A stretch of 47,259 bases of DNA from Octopus bimaculoides. Taxonomy: Eukaryota. The position numbers and the translations under genes are program-made. Position 1 is the stretch's first letter. Each line of letters begins with the position of its first letter. Shown here piece after piece: positions 13,556 through 25,359 of the stretch. Below the pieces are notes generated by a model, which searched no databases, had not been told where the DNA came from, and worked only from the letters and a program-made list of their open reading frames with translations. The stretch lies in NCBI RefSeq assembly GCF_001194135.2, contig NC_068995.1, forward strand, positions 5,402,778 to 5,450,036, read 5' to 3'.

Positions 13556-13909
13556 ATTACATATATGTGTGTGTGTGAGTGTATGTAAATATATACTATG
13601 TCTTTCATGGTATGTTTCAGTCTTATACAAAAGCACCTCTCTTTATCTCTGCTATTGGAATCATTCTTATATTCTTTTATTCTTCGGTTCTTCTATTCTC
13701 CCATTTCGTGTTCGGTTTCTTTTTTGTATAATTTTTCTCCTCCCTCTCGCTTTGTGTATGTTTTATTTTCTTACTCACGATTTCCTTTCGTTCTTTCTAT
13801 ACATTTTCATTTTCCTTCTCTCTTATCTATATATCCATCCATTCATCTATCTGTCTACATATAATTATGTACATACATGTGTGTGAGTAAATGTGTTCGT
13901 TTTTTTCTA

Positions 13910-13970
<61 letters not shown>

Positions 13971-14391
13971 ATTGTAGTCGATATTCGTCGTTCGAAAGTA
14001 TGTATGCGGTTGAGTATACCTCAAACATGTTTAACAATAACGCAATTCTCAGGCCGTATCAATGTGACACTGTGTTTGACAAGGGTGTATCTTTGTTTTT
14101 GAATTACAGGTGCAATTCATCCGGCGGAATTCCATAATGTTTCCGTTTTCTTTAATTTATTCACGAAATATGGATTGACTCAAGGTTATGGAAAATGTCA
14201 ATCACCCAAGATGCCGCGCAGTCAGATCGAGCCCGGCATTTCGTGGTTCCGAAGCCAACATCTTCACCATTTGTTCGTACGGTCCCTGCGTGCGTTCGCG
14301 TCCGCTTCAGCGTGCGTTTAGGTATTCAAGTACAAAGAGAAGAAGAGAGAGGCGGAGGTAGATTCATTGGCAGAAAATATTTGGGATAGGG

Positions 14392-14394
<3 letters not shown>

Positions 14395-14478
<84 letters not shown>

Positions 14479-14492
14479 TAGAGAGAGAGAGA
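14395..14492. repeat. (GA)n microsatellite
   Basis: Direct read. Confidence 0.95.
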
Positions 14493-15172
14493 GGCATAAG
14501 GAAAAGAGAGAGGGAGGGAGATAGGGAGAGTGGTTGTATAGGTAGAATGTTCGGCTTACAGAAAGAGAGAGAGGAAGAAAGTGAGAGGGAGAGAGAGTGA
14601 ACGCGAGAATATGTGTGTATGTATGTTTAGCACTGCGTATATATATATATATATATATATTACAGAGATGAGGTGTTTATGTGTACAAGTGTTTCTGTGA
14701 CAGCGCGAACACACGCACGCACGCACGCACACATTCACACACACACGCACACACATACGCGCGCACACACGCACACCACTGTTTCGTTTTTCTGTTTTTG
14801 ACATTGCTTGTCAAGTTTTCCTCTCTCTCTCCCTCTCGCCCTCTCTTACATATTTGCCGATACTGAATAATAAGCATTGTGTGTTCAATAGAAGAAAATC
14901 TTTGCTGAAAAACCCTTACATATTGATTCAGCGAGAATGGCGAAGTACCTCTTGCTATTTCTCCTGCTGTTTGTGGATGTTATTCGCTGCCGAATCATTC
15001 AGACGTGCCTGATTTTACTCTGAGATTTCTCGACAATTTTCAAATATAACCGAAGGAAACATCTTTTATTTTTGTATTTTAATACGGGGACTATTATTTA
15101 ACGATTCAGAAGTTTAATCCGTAGTGAGTTGAGAATAGAACATTTATGTTTCTTTTTTTTTTATGTTTTCAG

Positions 15173-15262
15173 TTTTTGTACACGGGGAAGACTTAAAGTC
15201 AATAATGGATTTGTATGAGACAGGAACAGTCCCACGCCTCTTAAAAAATTACATTGAACAGG
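15173..15262 (+). CDS. Candidate internal coding exon (90 nt, phase 1-1): xFVHGEDLKSIMDLYETGTVPRLLKNYIEQ(G); product unknown
   Basis: Long poly-T acceptor (TTCTTTTTTTTTTATGTTTTCAG) and CAGG|GTAAAG donor. Only one of three frames is open, and the sequence is unique and non-repetitive. Confidence 0.4.
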
Positions 15263-15839
15263 GTAAAGAAACTTGCAAACAGGCAAAAACATACACAGTC
15301 ACTAATTGCGGAAAATGGAAGAAATATGACATTTCAGTAAAATAAAAATAGCATTGTAGGTAACAGCATTCACACACACACGCAATGCACAAACACACGT
15401 ATGTATGCATGCAGTAATGGTAAAAGAAGAAGCAAAATAAAATATTATTGAACATAGGGTTTTCTAATTGCAGAAAAGGAAAGAAAAATATATTTCAGCA
15501 AAAAGCAACGTTGTAGGAAACAACAATAACCTACACACAAACACAGAAACACGTGTACACACAAATATACACACGCACATCCACATACACCAACTGTGCC
15601 AAACAAAAGCGTTTCAAATGAGGCTCTGTCATTATCTTTGGCAAATTTAGTCACAAATTAAAACAACATCGATAGGAAACATTTCACTGTAAGGACAAAA
15701 GCACCGTGACATCCTGTGTCAAAAACAGATGCCTTGCTGTCCGAAACCATTAGTGAAAAAGAGAAAACTAAGTTATCTTGGCGTTGCAGAGGCGGAAGAA
15801 CTTTGATCATGCCCTCAAAGAGTAATTTGACGAAGCCCT

Positions 15840-16610
15840 TTCAGCTAATGCAATGAAATTTCTCTCATCGGGAAAAACAAGACATATAGGACAATATGTA
15901 TTGTTTATAAAAACGAGGACAAGACAAAGGTACCAGATTATATTCAATGTGCCACACCTATTTATAAATTGGTCATACAGTGTATGGGAATAAGGAATAT
16001 GAGGTGAGCACGTAAACCATCGGTGAGTCTGCTCTGCTAGAAACATTTGAAACCAGTGAAATCTCATTTCTCCCGATGTAATGGATGAAGCACAGCCATA
16101 TCTGTATGATTAGGAAACGAAGGATCAGTTCAAGGAACGGCCTAGCGCCATTTATTTTTGCCCCAAGGCAAGAGTCAACGAATGTTATGGCAAGTCTTTT
16201 GTGAATAACAAGGGTGTCATTCTCTTTGAGTTTCTGGAACGTGGCTGTACAGGAAACAGCAAGCACCACATTGAGACACTACAAAATCTCAGAGAAGCCA
16301 GCAGAAGGAAGGAAGAGAATGAAGAAAAATATGAAATCGACCCAGATTCATTCTCGCAACACGTGACACAAACATTCTGGGTTGGTCAGTAGTTCTCCAT
16401 CTGCCAAGAAACACCTATCTAGGATCCTACAATTTCCACCTGTTTAGCTCAATGAAGGGCAGTCCTCCTGGACTACGATTTGATGACACAGACAACATAA
16501 ACGTAAGTGTGAAATGGATACACTATTTCAGAACTGAATTTTTTCAAAATGGATTCGAGACAGGTTTAAAGATAGCGCAAACTCATCGCTTGTAACAGAA
16601 GCTATATTTA
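15840..16610 (+). mobile_element. Degraded mariner (Tc1/mariner) transposase fossil
   Basis: Fragments VMDEAQPYLYD*ETK (compare TGDETWVYHYDPETK), VMASLFVNNKGVILFEFLERGCTGNS...TLQNLREA, and LHLPRNTYLGSYNFHLFSSMK (compare HPPYSPDLAPSDFHLF). Many stops and frameshifts; TIRs not identified. Confidence 0.8.
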
Positions 16611-16914
16611 TTAACGCCTTTGTATAGAAGAATTACTCAACCGACATAAGCAATTTGAATAACTTAAGTCAATAAAACAGTTATGCCCACATTGTGACTT
16701 AGTTTCGGTACAAAACTTGGTGTAATCCATCCATCTATCCATCTGTATAAATGAGCAGGAGTGTGTGATTTTAGGAGGAAAGGGTTTATCTGCATGCAAC
16801 AAGATTTACGTAAATATCTTACAAAGGATGATTAGATGATTAACATTATACGAGAAATGTATGTTGATGCGAGATATGTTCGGGTGTATTTATATGTGTG
16901 TGTTTCAACTAGGA

Positions 16915-17060
16915 TATGTACCTGCATATGTGTGCACCTGTATGTGTGTATCTATATGTGTGTGCACTTGTATTTGTGTACCTATATGTGTGCACCTGTA
17001 TGTGTGCACCTGTATGTGTGCACCTGTATGTGTGTAACCTATATGTGTGCACCTGTATAT
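16915..17060. repeat. Minisatellite, 14-bp unit GTGTGCACCTGTAT, about 10 degenerate copies
   Basis: Perfect CACCTG at 16935, 16993, 17007, 17021 and 17050; central copies are 14 bp apart. Confidence 0.85.
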
Positions 17061-17209
17061 TGCTTACGTGCTTGAACATAAAAGATATATTTTTACATAT
17101 ATATTACAAATTCTGTATGTGTGTGTTTGTGTATATATATAAACGATATTTCTCTCTCTTATATATATTTGTATGTGTGTGGTGCATGTGTGTACATATA
17201 GATGTGTGC

Positions 17210-17280
<71 letters not shown>

Positions 17281-17689
17281 TCAATGTACACATACACAAA
17301 TGAACAATTTCTTAGTGATTTCTGAAAAATCCTAAGAACAGCAAGATAGGGAAATTAGGTAGAGATCAATTAGATAAAATGAGCAAATGTCAATTCTTTT
17401 TCTCTCCTACACGCTAAAACAGGTACATAAATGCACGCATATTTGAATACAATATGTACAACGCATGTATGCATATGTATATTATTTATTCCTAAACACA
17501 CACACATAATAAAAGTATGCATACCGAAACTTTGAAGTCACCTTTTCTTTCTAAAGGTTAATATATAGTCTAACCAAAAAGTATTTGGTAATCCTTCAGC
17601 ATAAAGTTAAATTAACTTTATATGTAACTTGACATAATAATATTACATTATATATATATATATATGATTGAATCTCCCGTCGAAGACGA

Positions 17690-17915
17690 CGTACGAGTGA
17701 TCAATTTTTTCACCGTACATCAGTTCACAACCGTCCATCAAATCAACGTTTCCTGGACAGGTGCACGGTGTACCATACGTCAAGTGTCCAAGTGACCGTG
17801 ATGCAACGTGAGTTAGAAGCATTTTGCTCAAGAACCCAACGCACTACCCAGCCCAAGAATTGAAACCACGATCTCGCGATCGTAGCACCATAACCACTAG
17901 TCCATGCACCCTCAC
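17690..17915 (-). mobile_element. tRNA-headed SINE of a third family; related head at about 40950-41035 (-)
   Basis: Head GGTGCATGGACTAGTGGTTA..CGATCGCGAGATCGTGGTTTCAATTC; the second copy reads GGACGCATGGCCTAGTGGTTAAG..CAATCACGATC. Confidence 0.6.
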
Positions 17916-18026
17916 TATATATATATACGCATCCGTATACATGCATCCACTGTTTTCTACAACCTCTGTTTATCAACTTAAAAAGTCTTTGCTTTTGTCT
18001 TCAGTATATTTTATTCTGCTAGATTT

Positions 18027-18067
<41 letters not shown>

Positions 18068-18151
18068 ATATTTGTGCCCGCGTACAAGTATATATAATTA
18101 AATATCGGTATATTTATCTATTCATCAGCACCATACCACCACCACCACCAG

Positions 18152-18202
<51 letters not shown>

Positions 18203-18714
18203 AGCAACATCAATACCACCACTACCCCCGACATCACCATCGACCCACTAATTAACATTTTAATGGAGGCATAATCTAATATGTTGAACTTCCTTATCAC
18301 TTTTGCAAGGAAGGAATTTTTGCAGAAATAGTTTAGGACTAAATTTAGCATAGAATCTGATATATATTTGGCATCGATACCAGCATTTCACAGAAATATC
18401 TCCCAGAAATTCTATAGCCATTGCTACATCGAACTGGTTGTTTGTGTGTTATATGGGAGTGGTGGTGGTGTTGTAATACTATGTGTGTGGTGTAATGTAG
18501 CTTAAAGTTAAAGAATATGAAGCGAATACAAATCCAAGAGAAAGTAATTTTACACCAATAGACAAAAGTTGGTGAACTAATTTATTTACAAAAAGTTTCC
18601 TGCTAATGATTTATATGTATAAAACTCTTGTTACTTTATGAGTATAATGGTTATTTAAATCTATATAAAGGTACACACACACATACGTATAACCATATAT
18701 AACCATATATATAC

Positions 18715-18745
<31 letters not shown>

Positions 18746-19231
18746 TGTATGTATATATATATATANNNNNNNNNNNNNNNNNNNNNNNNNNNNNNNNNNN
18801 NNNNNNNNNNNNNNNNNNNNNNNNNNNNNNNNNNNNNNNNNNNNNNNNNNNNNNNNNNNNNNNNNNNNNNNNNNNNNNNNNNNNNNNNNNNNNNNNNNNN
18901 NNNNNNNNNNNNNNNNNNNNNNNNNNNNNNNNNNNNNNNNNNNNNNNNNNNNNNNNNNNNNNNNNNNNNNNNNNNNNNNNNNNNNNNNNNNNNNNNNNNN
19001 NNNNNNNNNNNNNNNNNNNNNNNNNNNNNNNNNNNNNNNNNNNNNNNNNNNNNNNNNNNNNNNNNNNNNNNNNNNNNNNNNNNNNNNNNNNNNNNNNNNN
19101 NNNNNNNNNNNNNNNNNNNNNNNNNNNNNNNNNNNNNNNNNNNNNNNNNNNNNNNNNNNNNNNNNNNNNNNNNNNNNNNNNNNNNNNNNNNNNNNNNNNN
19201 NNNNNNNNNNNNNNNNNNNNNNNNNNNNNNN

Positions 19232-19268
<37 letters not shown>

Positions 19269-21380
19269 ATATATAAAACGGAGGTGATGCACACAGCGAT
19301 AATGGTGATTTTTACATTCCTCGCAAAAGATCTGAGGTTCTTACATATATTAGTACTTACGGGTTAAGGCTCTGCCTTTTAATTGGTTCCCTATCAGAGC
19401 CCCTAAAACGGATCAGCAAAATTGGTTTCTACTGGGTTTGAACCTACAACTGAAACTGTTGTGACTAAATACTGCAAACAAGTTCCTTTATCACTTTTAA
19501 CATATAAGACCTCTGTTACTATAGTGATATAAATTTATTCACATGGACCCCAATATTTCATTGGTATATTTTATTGAGCTACACGAAATTTAAAGGCAAA
19601 ATCAATACTGAAACAGTCATAACATTTTGAGAAGGCTTGGCGAATGAAATCTGTGCAACACTAGACTTTCGTATCCTTTATTTTCACTTCAAGAAAATAA
19701 ACCGGAAGAGTTATGTACTGAAATATCATAAATTCTTTTGGCTGATGATCAGTTTCAACTTCTATCTTAGCGTGCGTAAATAACTCGTGTTTTAGCAATA
19801 TGGCTGACCAAATATACCCCAGGCGTAGATTCTGAAAACTGAATAAACAGATGTTGCAGACTTATATGTAATGTACAGTGAGTTGAAAATATTCGATTAA
19901 CGGAAATTAATACAATAAATATTAATAACAAATTCGATTGTAATATGCAGTTAATAGAAGAAAAATCCTTTGCGTGAGACGGAGTGGGTTAACTTCTAAC
20001 AGACTACAAGGAGAAACTTGCATAAGGTCAGTTGTATACGAAAACATTTGGACAATGTTGCTACAGTTTGACCGCAGTATGAGTGAAACGAATTAAAATA
20101 TATAAACAGTGTAGAACAGATTAAATCTGGTTGGCAACGTGAACTGCTGTAAATAATGGACATGTTTCAGTCTTATTGCATCTTGTCAGCACATGTGGCT
20201 AAAGGAGAGTACTTCAAGAAAGAGGTCTGGATACGAAGTGGATTAAACGATAGTGCCTCATTTATTTAATACAGAGATTATGCAACCAATTAGTAAAAAT
20301 AATATCCCTCCTTTCTTCGCTGCTCTTAGATTTAAAAAAGAAATCAACAGAGGGAGTCTACGTTTAATAATTGCTTAGATTTTCTCAGATGTTTAAAGTT
20401 TTCCGCTATGATATATTGAGACTTCAACCACAGAGTCAATCAAGATGTGAACTCTAATGATAATTTGAACCTAGGATTCCGTTGAATGAAACAAAACGCT
20501 GCAATGTTAGTTATAACATAATCAGTTGGAGCCTGTACCTTACATTAGATATTGGTCCCCTTACTAAAGCGAATAGCAAATTCTTTGAGACACGCCTGTA
20601 TAATGAATTATATCGTTTTTTTTTCACCATTCCAAACATGTTAAGTCTAAATACTACTGGAGATGAAATTTTCTTCCTTCTCTCGATAAATACAGGCTAA
20701 ATGCCATGAAACTCTGTTAAAAATCCATATTTTACATAGTTATAAAGATGTGCAGTTTAAAATTTTTGCATCTTTAGTTCTATTTTGGAAGAATTTGTCT
20801 GTGAAATGATTTAGATGAAAGAATTTATATTATATTTGATAATAGATTTATTTTTGATATTGTTCATTTTCTAACATGTCTACTATTATTCCATTTACAA
20901 ACAATGAGAGGATTCGGGAAATTCTTGAAGTAGCGTCTAGCAGCTGCTTTTGTAAACCACAAAATTGATTCTAGCCCCCGAGTTATCTTGAGAACAAAGT
21001 TTAGCTGAATAAACAATAATTTTTACATGTTCGTAAAATAAAGATAAAGTAATTATTAATTTTAAAATATTAATAAACAATTACAATAATTGTTTTGATT
21101 AATGACTAGAAACACAGATATATCATGCTTCTCAATGTTGTTTAAATGTTGATTTTTATATATACAGCAAAACTCATTAAGATTTATAACTGAATGTTTA
21201 AAATTGCACAAAGATCAGGAAAAGAAATGGCTTTCTGTCTTTGTAACGATACATCACTTACAGCAGACAAAAATAAATCTCTGTATAAAATTATCCACAT
21301 CACAAAATACATCCCTCTATAAGAACAGAGGTTCATGGGATTAATTAGAGAAATTATTTAGCAAAAGTTTACATATTATA

Positions 21381-21822
21381 GGCGCAGGAATGGCTGTGGT
21401 AAGAAGCTTGCGTCCCAACCACATGGTCCTGGGCCGACCAAAGCTTTGTGAGTGGATTTGGTAGACGGAAACCGAAAGAAGATCGTCGTATGTATATANN
21501 NNNNNNNNNNNNNNNNNNNNNNNNNNNNNNNNNNNNNNNNNNNNNNNNNNNNNNNNNNNNNNNNNNNNNNNNNNNNNNNNNNNNNNNNNNNNNNNNNNNN
21601 NNTATATATATATATATATATTTGTGTGCCTATGTCTGTCTCCCACCATCACTTGACAGCCGATGTTGGTGTGTTTACGTCCACGTAACTTAGTGCTTCC
21701 AAAAGAAACCGATAGAATAAGTACTAGACTTACAAAGAATAAGTCATAAGGCCGATTTGTTTGACTGAAAGGCGGTGCTCCAGCATGGCCGCAGTCGAGT
21801 GACTGAAACACGTAAGAGAATA
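21381..21822 (+). mobile_element. tRNA-headed SINE, family A, with internal microsatellite and gap
   Basis: Head GGCGCAGG..TGGCTGTGG, body GTGAGTGGATTTGGTAGACGGAAAC, tail GGCGGTGCTCCAGCATGGCCGCAGTC..GACTGAAAC, shared with other copies in the window. The B-box segment is deleted in this copy. Confidence 0.85.
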
Positions 21823-21827
21823 TTCAA

Positions 21828-22218
21828 GGCGCAGTCGTGGCTTTGTGGTTAAGAAGCTTGCTTCCAAGCCATGGGGTCTTGGGTTCATTCCTACTTCGCG
21901 AGACTTTGGGTCATTGTCTTGTGTTTTAGCCCAGGGCCGATCAAAGCCTTGTGAGTGAATTTGATTGACGGAAACTGAAAGAAGCTAGTTGTATGTGTGT
22001 GTGTATGTGTGTGTGGGTGTCTTTTTGTTTGCTGTGTTTCCCCTCCACCACCTCCTCACAACCAGTGTTGGTTTGTTTACGCTTCGGTAAAAACATAACG
22101 CTAGAATAAGTACCAAGCTGAAAAATGAGTTCTGGGATCGTATTGTTCAACTAAACACTTCAAGGCGGTGCTCCAGCGCGGCCGTAGTCCAATGCTAGAT
22201 ACAAGTAAAAGATAAAAG
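21828..22218 (+). mobile_element. SINE family A, head-to-tail with the previous copy
   Basis: A-box-like TGGCTTTGTGG, B-box-like GGTTCATTCC, same body, internal (TG)n and same tail. Confidence 0.85.
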
Positions 22219-22659
22219 CTTTAAGACACTTGAGGAGACCGACCTGCTTGTTGAATATATTTTGTCAGGAGTCGTTATTATTGATTGACCGCAGAGACAT
22301 GGTGGGGTGACTTAGTCATTTATCCTCGTGCCAGACAACCACATCTGAAATACGGTTTACTGGAAATCCAACCGAAAGCCAAAGTCAGGAATATAGAATA
22401 TCATAAGAAGGAATTAATTGAAAAGGCACCCCTTTTAAGTTACATCAAACATATAACCAGCTACGTTAGATCAGAATGACAGCACTTCATTACGTGACGG
22501 CAAAGTTATTGTCAGGGTTGCATTGCACCTTTTAAGGTTCATTCCACTAGGTTACGAGTTCAATTCTCAGGGACGCTATTATTTTGTGAGTTATACGGTA
22601 ATGATGATGCTAGAATGAGGAGAGGAGGCGATGATGGTGGAGATGATTTCTTTACTACT

Positions 22660-22778
22660 CTAGACACAAAGCCCGACATTTTGGAGGAGGGGGCAGGCAA
22701 TTAAATCGACCCCAGTATACAACTGGTACTTAATTTATCGACTCCGAAAGAATGAAAGGCAAAGTCGACCCCGGAGAT
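22660..22778 (-). mobile_element. SINE family B, 3' part
   Basis: ATCGACCCCAGTATACAACTGGTACTTAATTTATCGACTCCGAAAGAATGAAAGGCAAAGTCGACC. Confidence 0.85.
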
Positions 22779-22787
22779 GATATACTT

Positions 22788-22822
<35 letters not shown>

Positions 22823-22920
22823 AATCATGATGATGAAGCGGAGGGGGAGGAGGAGTAGGCGTATGACGACACTGTTGAAGACAGGGATGGTGGTGATGGT
22901 GATGGTGATGTTGATGGTGT

Positions 22921-23158
22921 TCTTTTATTCTCTTTACTTGTTTCAGTCATTTGACTGCGGCCATGCTGGAGCACCGCCTTTAGTCGAACAAATCGACTCT
23001 AGAACTTGTTCCTTGCAAACCTGGTACTTATTCTATCGTTCTCTTTTGTCGAACCGCTAAGTTACCGGGACGTAAACACACCAACATCAGTTGTCAAGCA
23101 ATGGTGGTGGTGGTGGTGGTGGTGGTGGAGGAGGACAAACACAAACACACACACAGAC

Positions 23159-23200
<42 letters not shown>

Positions 23201-23362
23201 GACTGGCTTCTTTCAGTTTCCGCCAACCAAATTCACTCACAAGGCTTTGGTCGGACCGAGGCTATAGTAGAAGACACTTGCTCAAGGTGCCACGTAGTGG
23301 GAATGAACCCGGAACCATGTGGTTGGTAAGCAAGCTACTTACCACACAGCCACTCCTGCGCC
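22921..23362 (-). mobile_element. SINE family A, near full length
   Basis: Reverse complement of the family A head, body and tail, with internal (CA)n and (GGT)n. Confidence 0.9.
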
Positions 23363-23372
23363 TATTATATCA

Positions 23373-23406
<34 letters not shown>

Positions 23407-23714
23407 CATTATTAAAATGACGGTAGTGATGATGGAGGGCGTGATGTGGAAGACGGAAAAGAAAAGGCGGAGAAGAGGAAGAGAGCGAAAAAGAGGTGGG
23501 AAGAGGAAAAGTGGGGGGAAAGGAGGGGAGGGGGAGGAGGAAAGGATTATGATAGCGACGATAATGATGACGATGATGATGATGATAGTATAAGTGAATA
23601 AGATGACATTAATCCAGTTTCTGGAATTCCACAGAGAGTTGCTAAGTGGGAGATAATCTGTGAGTTTATTGATGAATTAGCATAGAGGTCAGAGTATGTT
23701 TGCAGAGGGTCACG

Positions 23715-24155
23715 GAAGGAGAGGAGGGGGCGAGAGAGAAGATCAGGGGAAAGCGTGGGAGAGGGGAAAGAGAGAGGGGAAAGAGAGGGAGAGAGAGAGA
23801 GAGGGAAATTAAGAGGAATAGAGAGGAGAGAGGGAAGGGGAGAGATAGAGAAAGAAGGAATGAAAGAAAAGAAAGAGAGGGAGAGGAAGACAGAAAGGAT
23901 GAGAGAAGAGGGAGTGAGAGAGGAAGAGTGAGGGAGAGGGAAAATAAAGAGGAATATAGAGGAGAGAGGGAAGGAAAGAGAGAATGAGAGAAGGGAGAGA
24001 GAGAGAGAGAGAGGGGGAGAAAGAAAAAGAGAAAGGAAGGTTGTAGATACACAAATATACAGAAAGAACAACTCCATAAATTTGAAGACGCTAATAACAA
24101 CAATTAGAGGGAGAGGAGGAGGAAGGGAGGAGGAGGAAGGGAGGAGGGGGAGAAA
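23715..24155. repeat. Long, almost pure polypurine (GA-rich) tract
   Basis: About 440 bp of GAGA/GGAA/GGGA, with pyrimidines mostly confined to about 24040-24105. A second G-rich patch lies at about 23490-23545. Confidence 0.9.
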
Positions 24156-24450
24156 CGTAAACAACAACAACAAAGAGAGCATCCGCGGATTTGCTGTTGT
24201 TGGTGTTGCTGTGCAGCGCCAGGTCAGTTGTGGTCAACCAGAACTATGATGAAAGCTAACCTCACTGACATTAACACTTCATTTTATCCCCGAACCTAAT
24301 CCAGCATTTCTTTCATCTCATCCTTCCTTCATATGACCAAACACTGCTTGATATACACAACCACCTCTTGGCCGGAAGCGAACTACAAACCCCAAGTAAT
24401 GTAGAGATAAAGTAAAATTCTGGGCTTCAACCCAGTCCAGCAGAACTCAC

Positions 24451-24477
24451 GTCGATAGTGACCACGAGTTGAATATC
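24451..24477 (-). CDS. Candidate 27-nt microexon (DIQLVVTID in phase 0; all three frames open)
   Basis: Minus strand T-run-GTCTTCTCTCTCCGACCGAAAG | 27 nt | GTGAGT. Confidence 0.3.
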
Positions 24478-24607
24478 CTTTCGGTCGGAGAGAGAAGACA
24501 AAAAAAAAAAGAATGATGGGGAAAATGTGTCTTGACTTCTTTCACGTTGTAACCCTATCATTAATCTTTTCATGTCAGAGTACAGCACGGCTCACACGCG
24601 CACACAC

Positions 24608-24655
<48 letters not shown>

Positions 24656-25321
24656 NNNNNNNNNNNNNNNNNNNNNNNNNNNNNNNNNNNNNNNNNNNNN
24701 NNNNNNNNNNNNNNNNNNNNNNNNNNNNNNNNNNNNNNNNNNNNNNNNNNNNNNNNNNNNNNNNNNNNNNNNNNNNNNNNNNNNNNNNNNNNNNNNNNNN
24801 NNNNNNNNNNNNNNNNNNNNNNNNNNNNNNNNNNNNNNNNNNNNNNNNNNNNNNNNNNNNNNNNNNNNNNNNNNNNNNNNNNNNNNNNNNNNNNNNNNNN
24901 NNNNNNNNNNNNNNNNNNNNNNNNNNNNNNNNNNNNNNNNNNNNNNNNNNNNNNNNNNNNNNNNNNNNNNNNNNNNNNNNNNNNNNNNNNNNNNNNNNNN
25001 NNNAAAAATTATGATCTAAAAGTGAAATTAAAACAACAAAATAAAACTTAAATGATTTTATTTAGAAAACTATTAAGGGTTGAAATTTAATTTAGAGCGG
25101 AGTATGGTGTGTGTGTGTGTGTGTGTCTTTAATGCGCCAGACACTTTCAGTAATGATTGCACTCGTCGGAATGGCTAAAACAACCCAGAATGGCTGAAAT
25201 TATAATTTACCGAACGACCAATGGCGAAAGTAGTTATCACAATAAGAGACTCACTACACCATAGTTTCATGTTAACGCACTTAAAAACATGCTTTTTTTC
25301 TTTTGTTGCTTTTATCGTTAT

Positions 25322-25359
<38 letters not shown>

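Noticed and set aside
14937-15023. 28-aa signal-peptide-like ORF MAKYLLLFLLLFVDVIRCRIIQTCLILL
   Set aside because: It has no phase-1 donor to join the 15173 exon candidate and stops early. It may be chance hydrophobic sequence.
20552-20562. TTGGTCCCCTT, identical to the 5' part of miR-133
   Set aside because: The match ends after 11 nt and no complementary hairpin arm is present.
23547-24182. 211-aa Leu/Ser/Pro-rich and Arg/Glu-rich ORFs
   Set aside because: These are translations of the GA/CT low-complexity tract.
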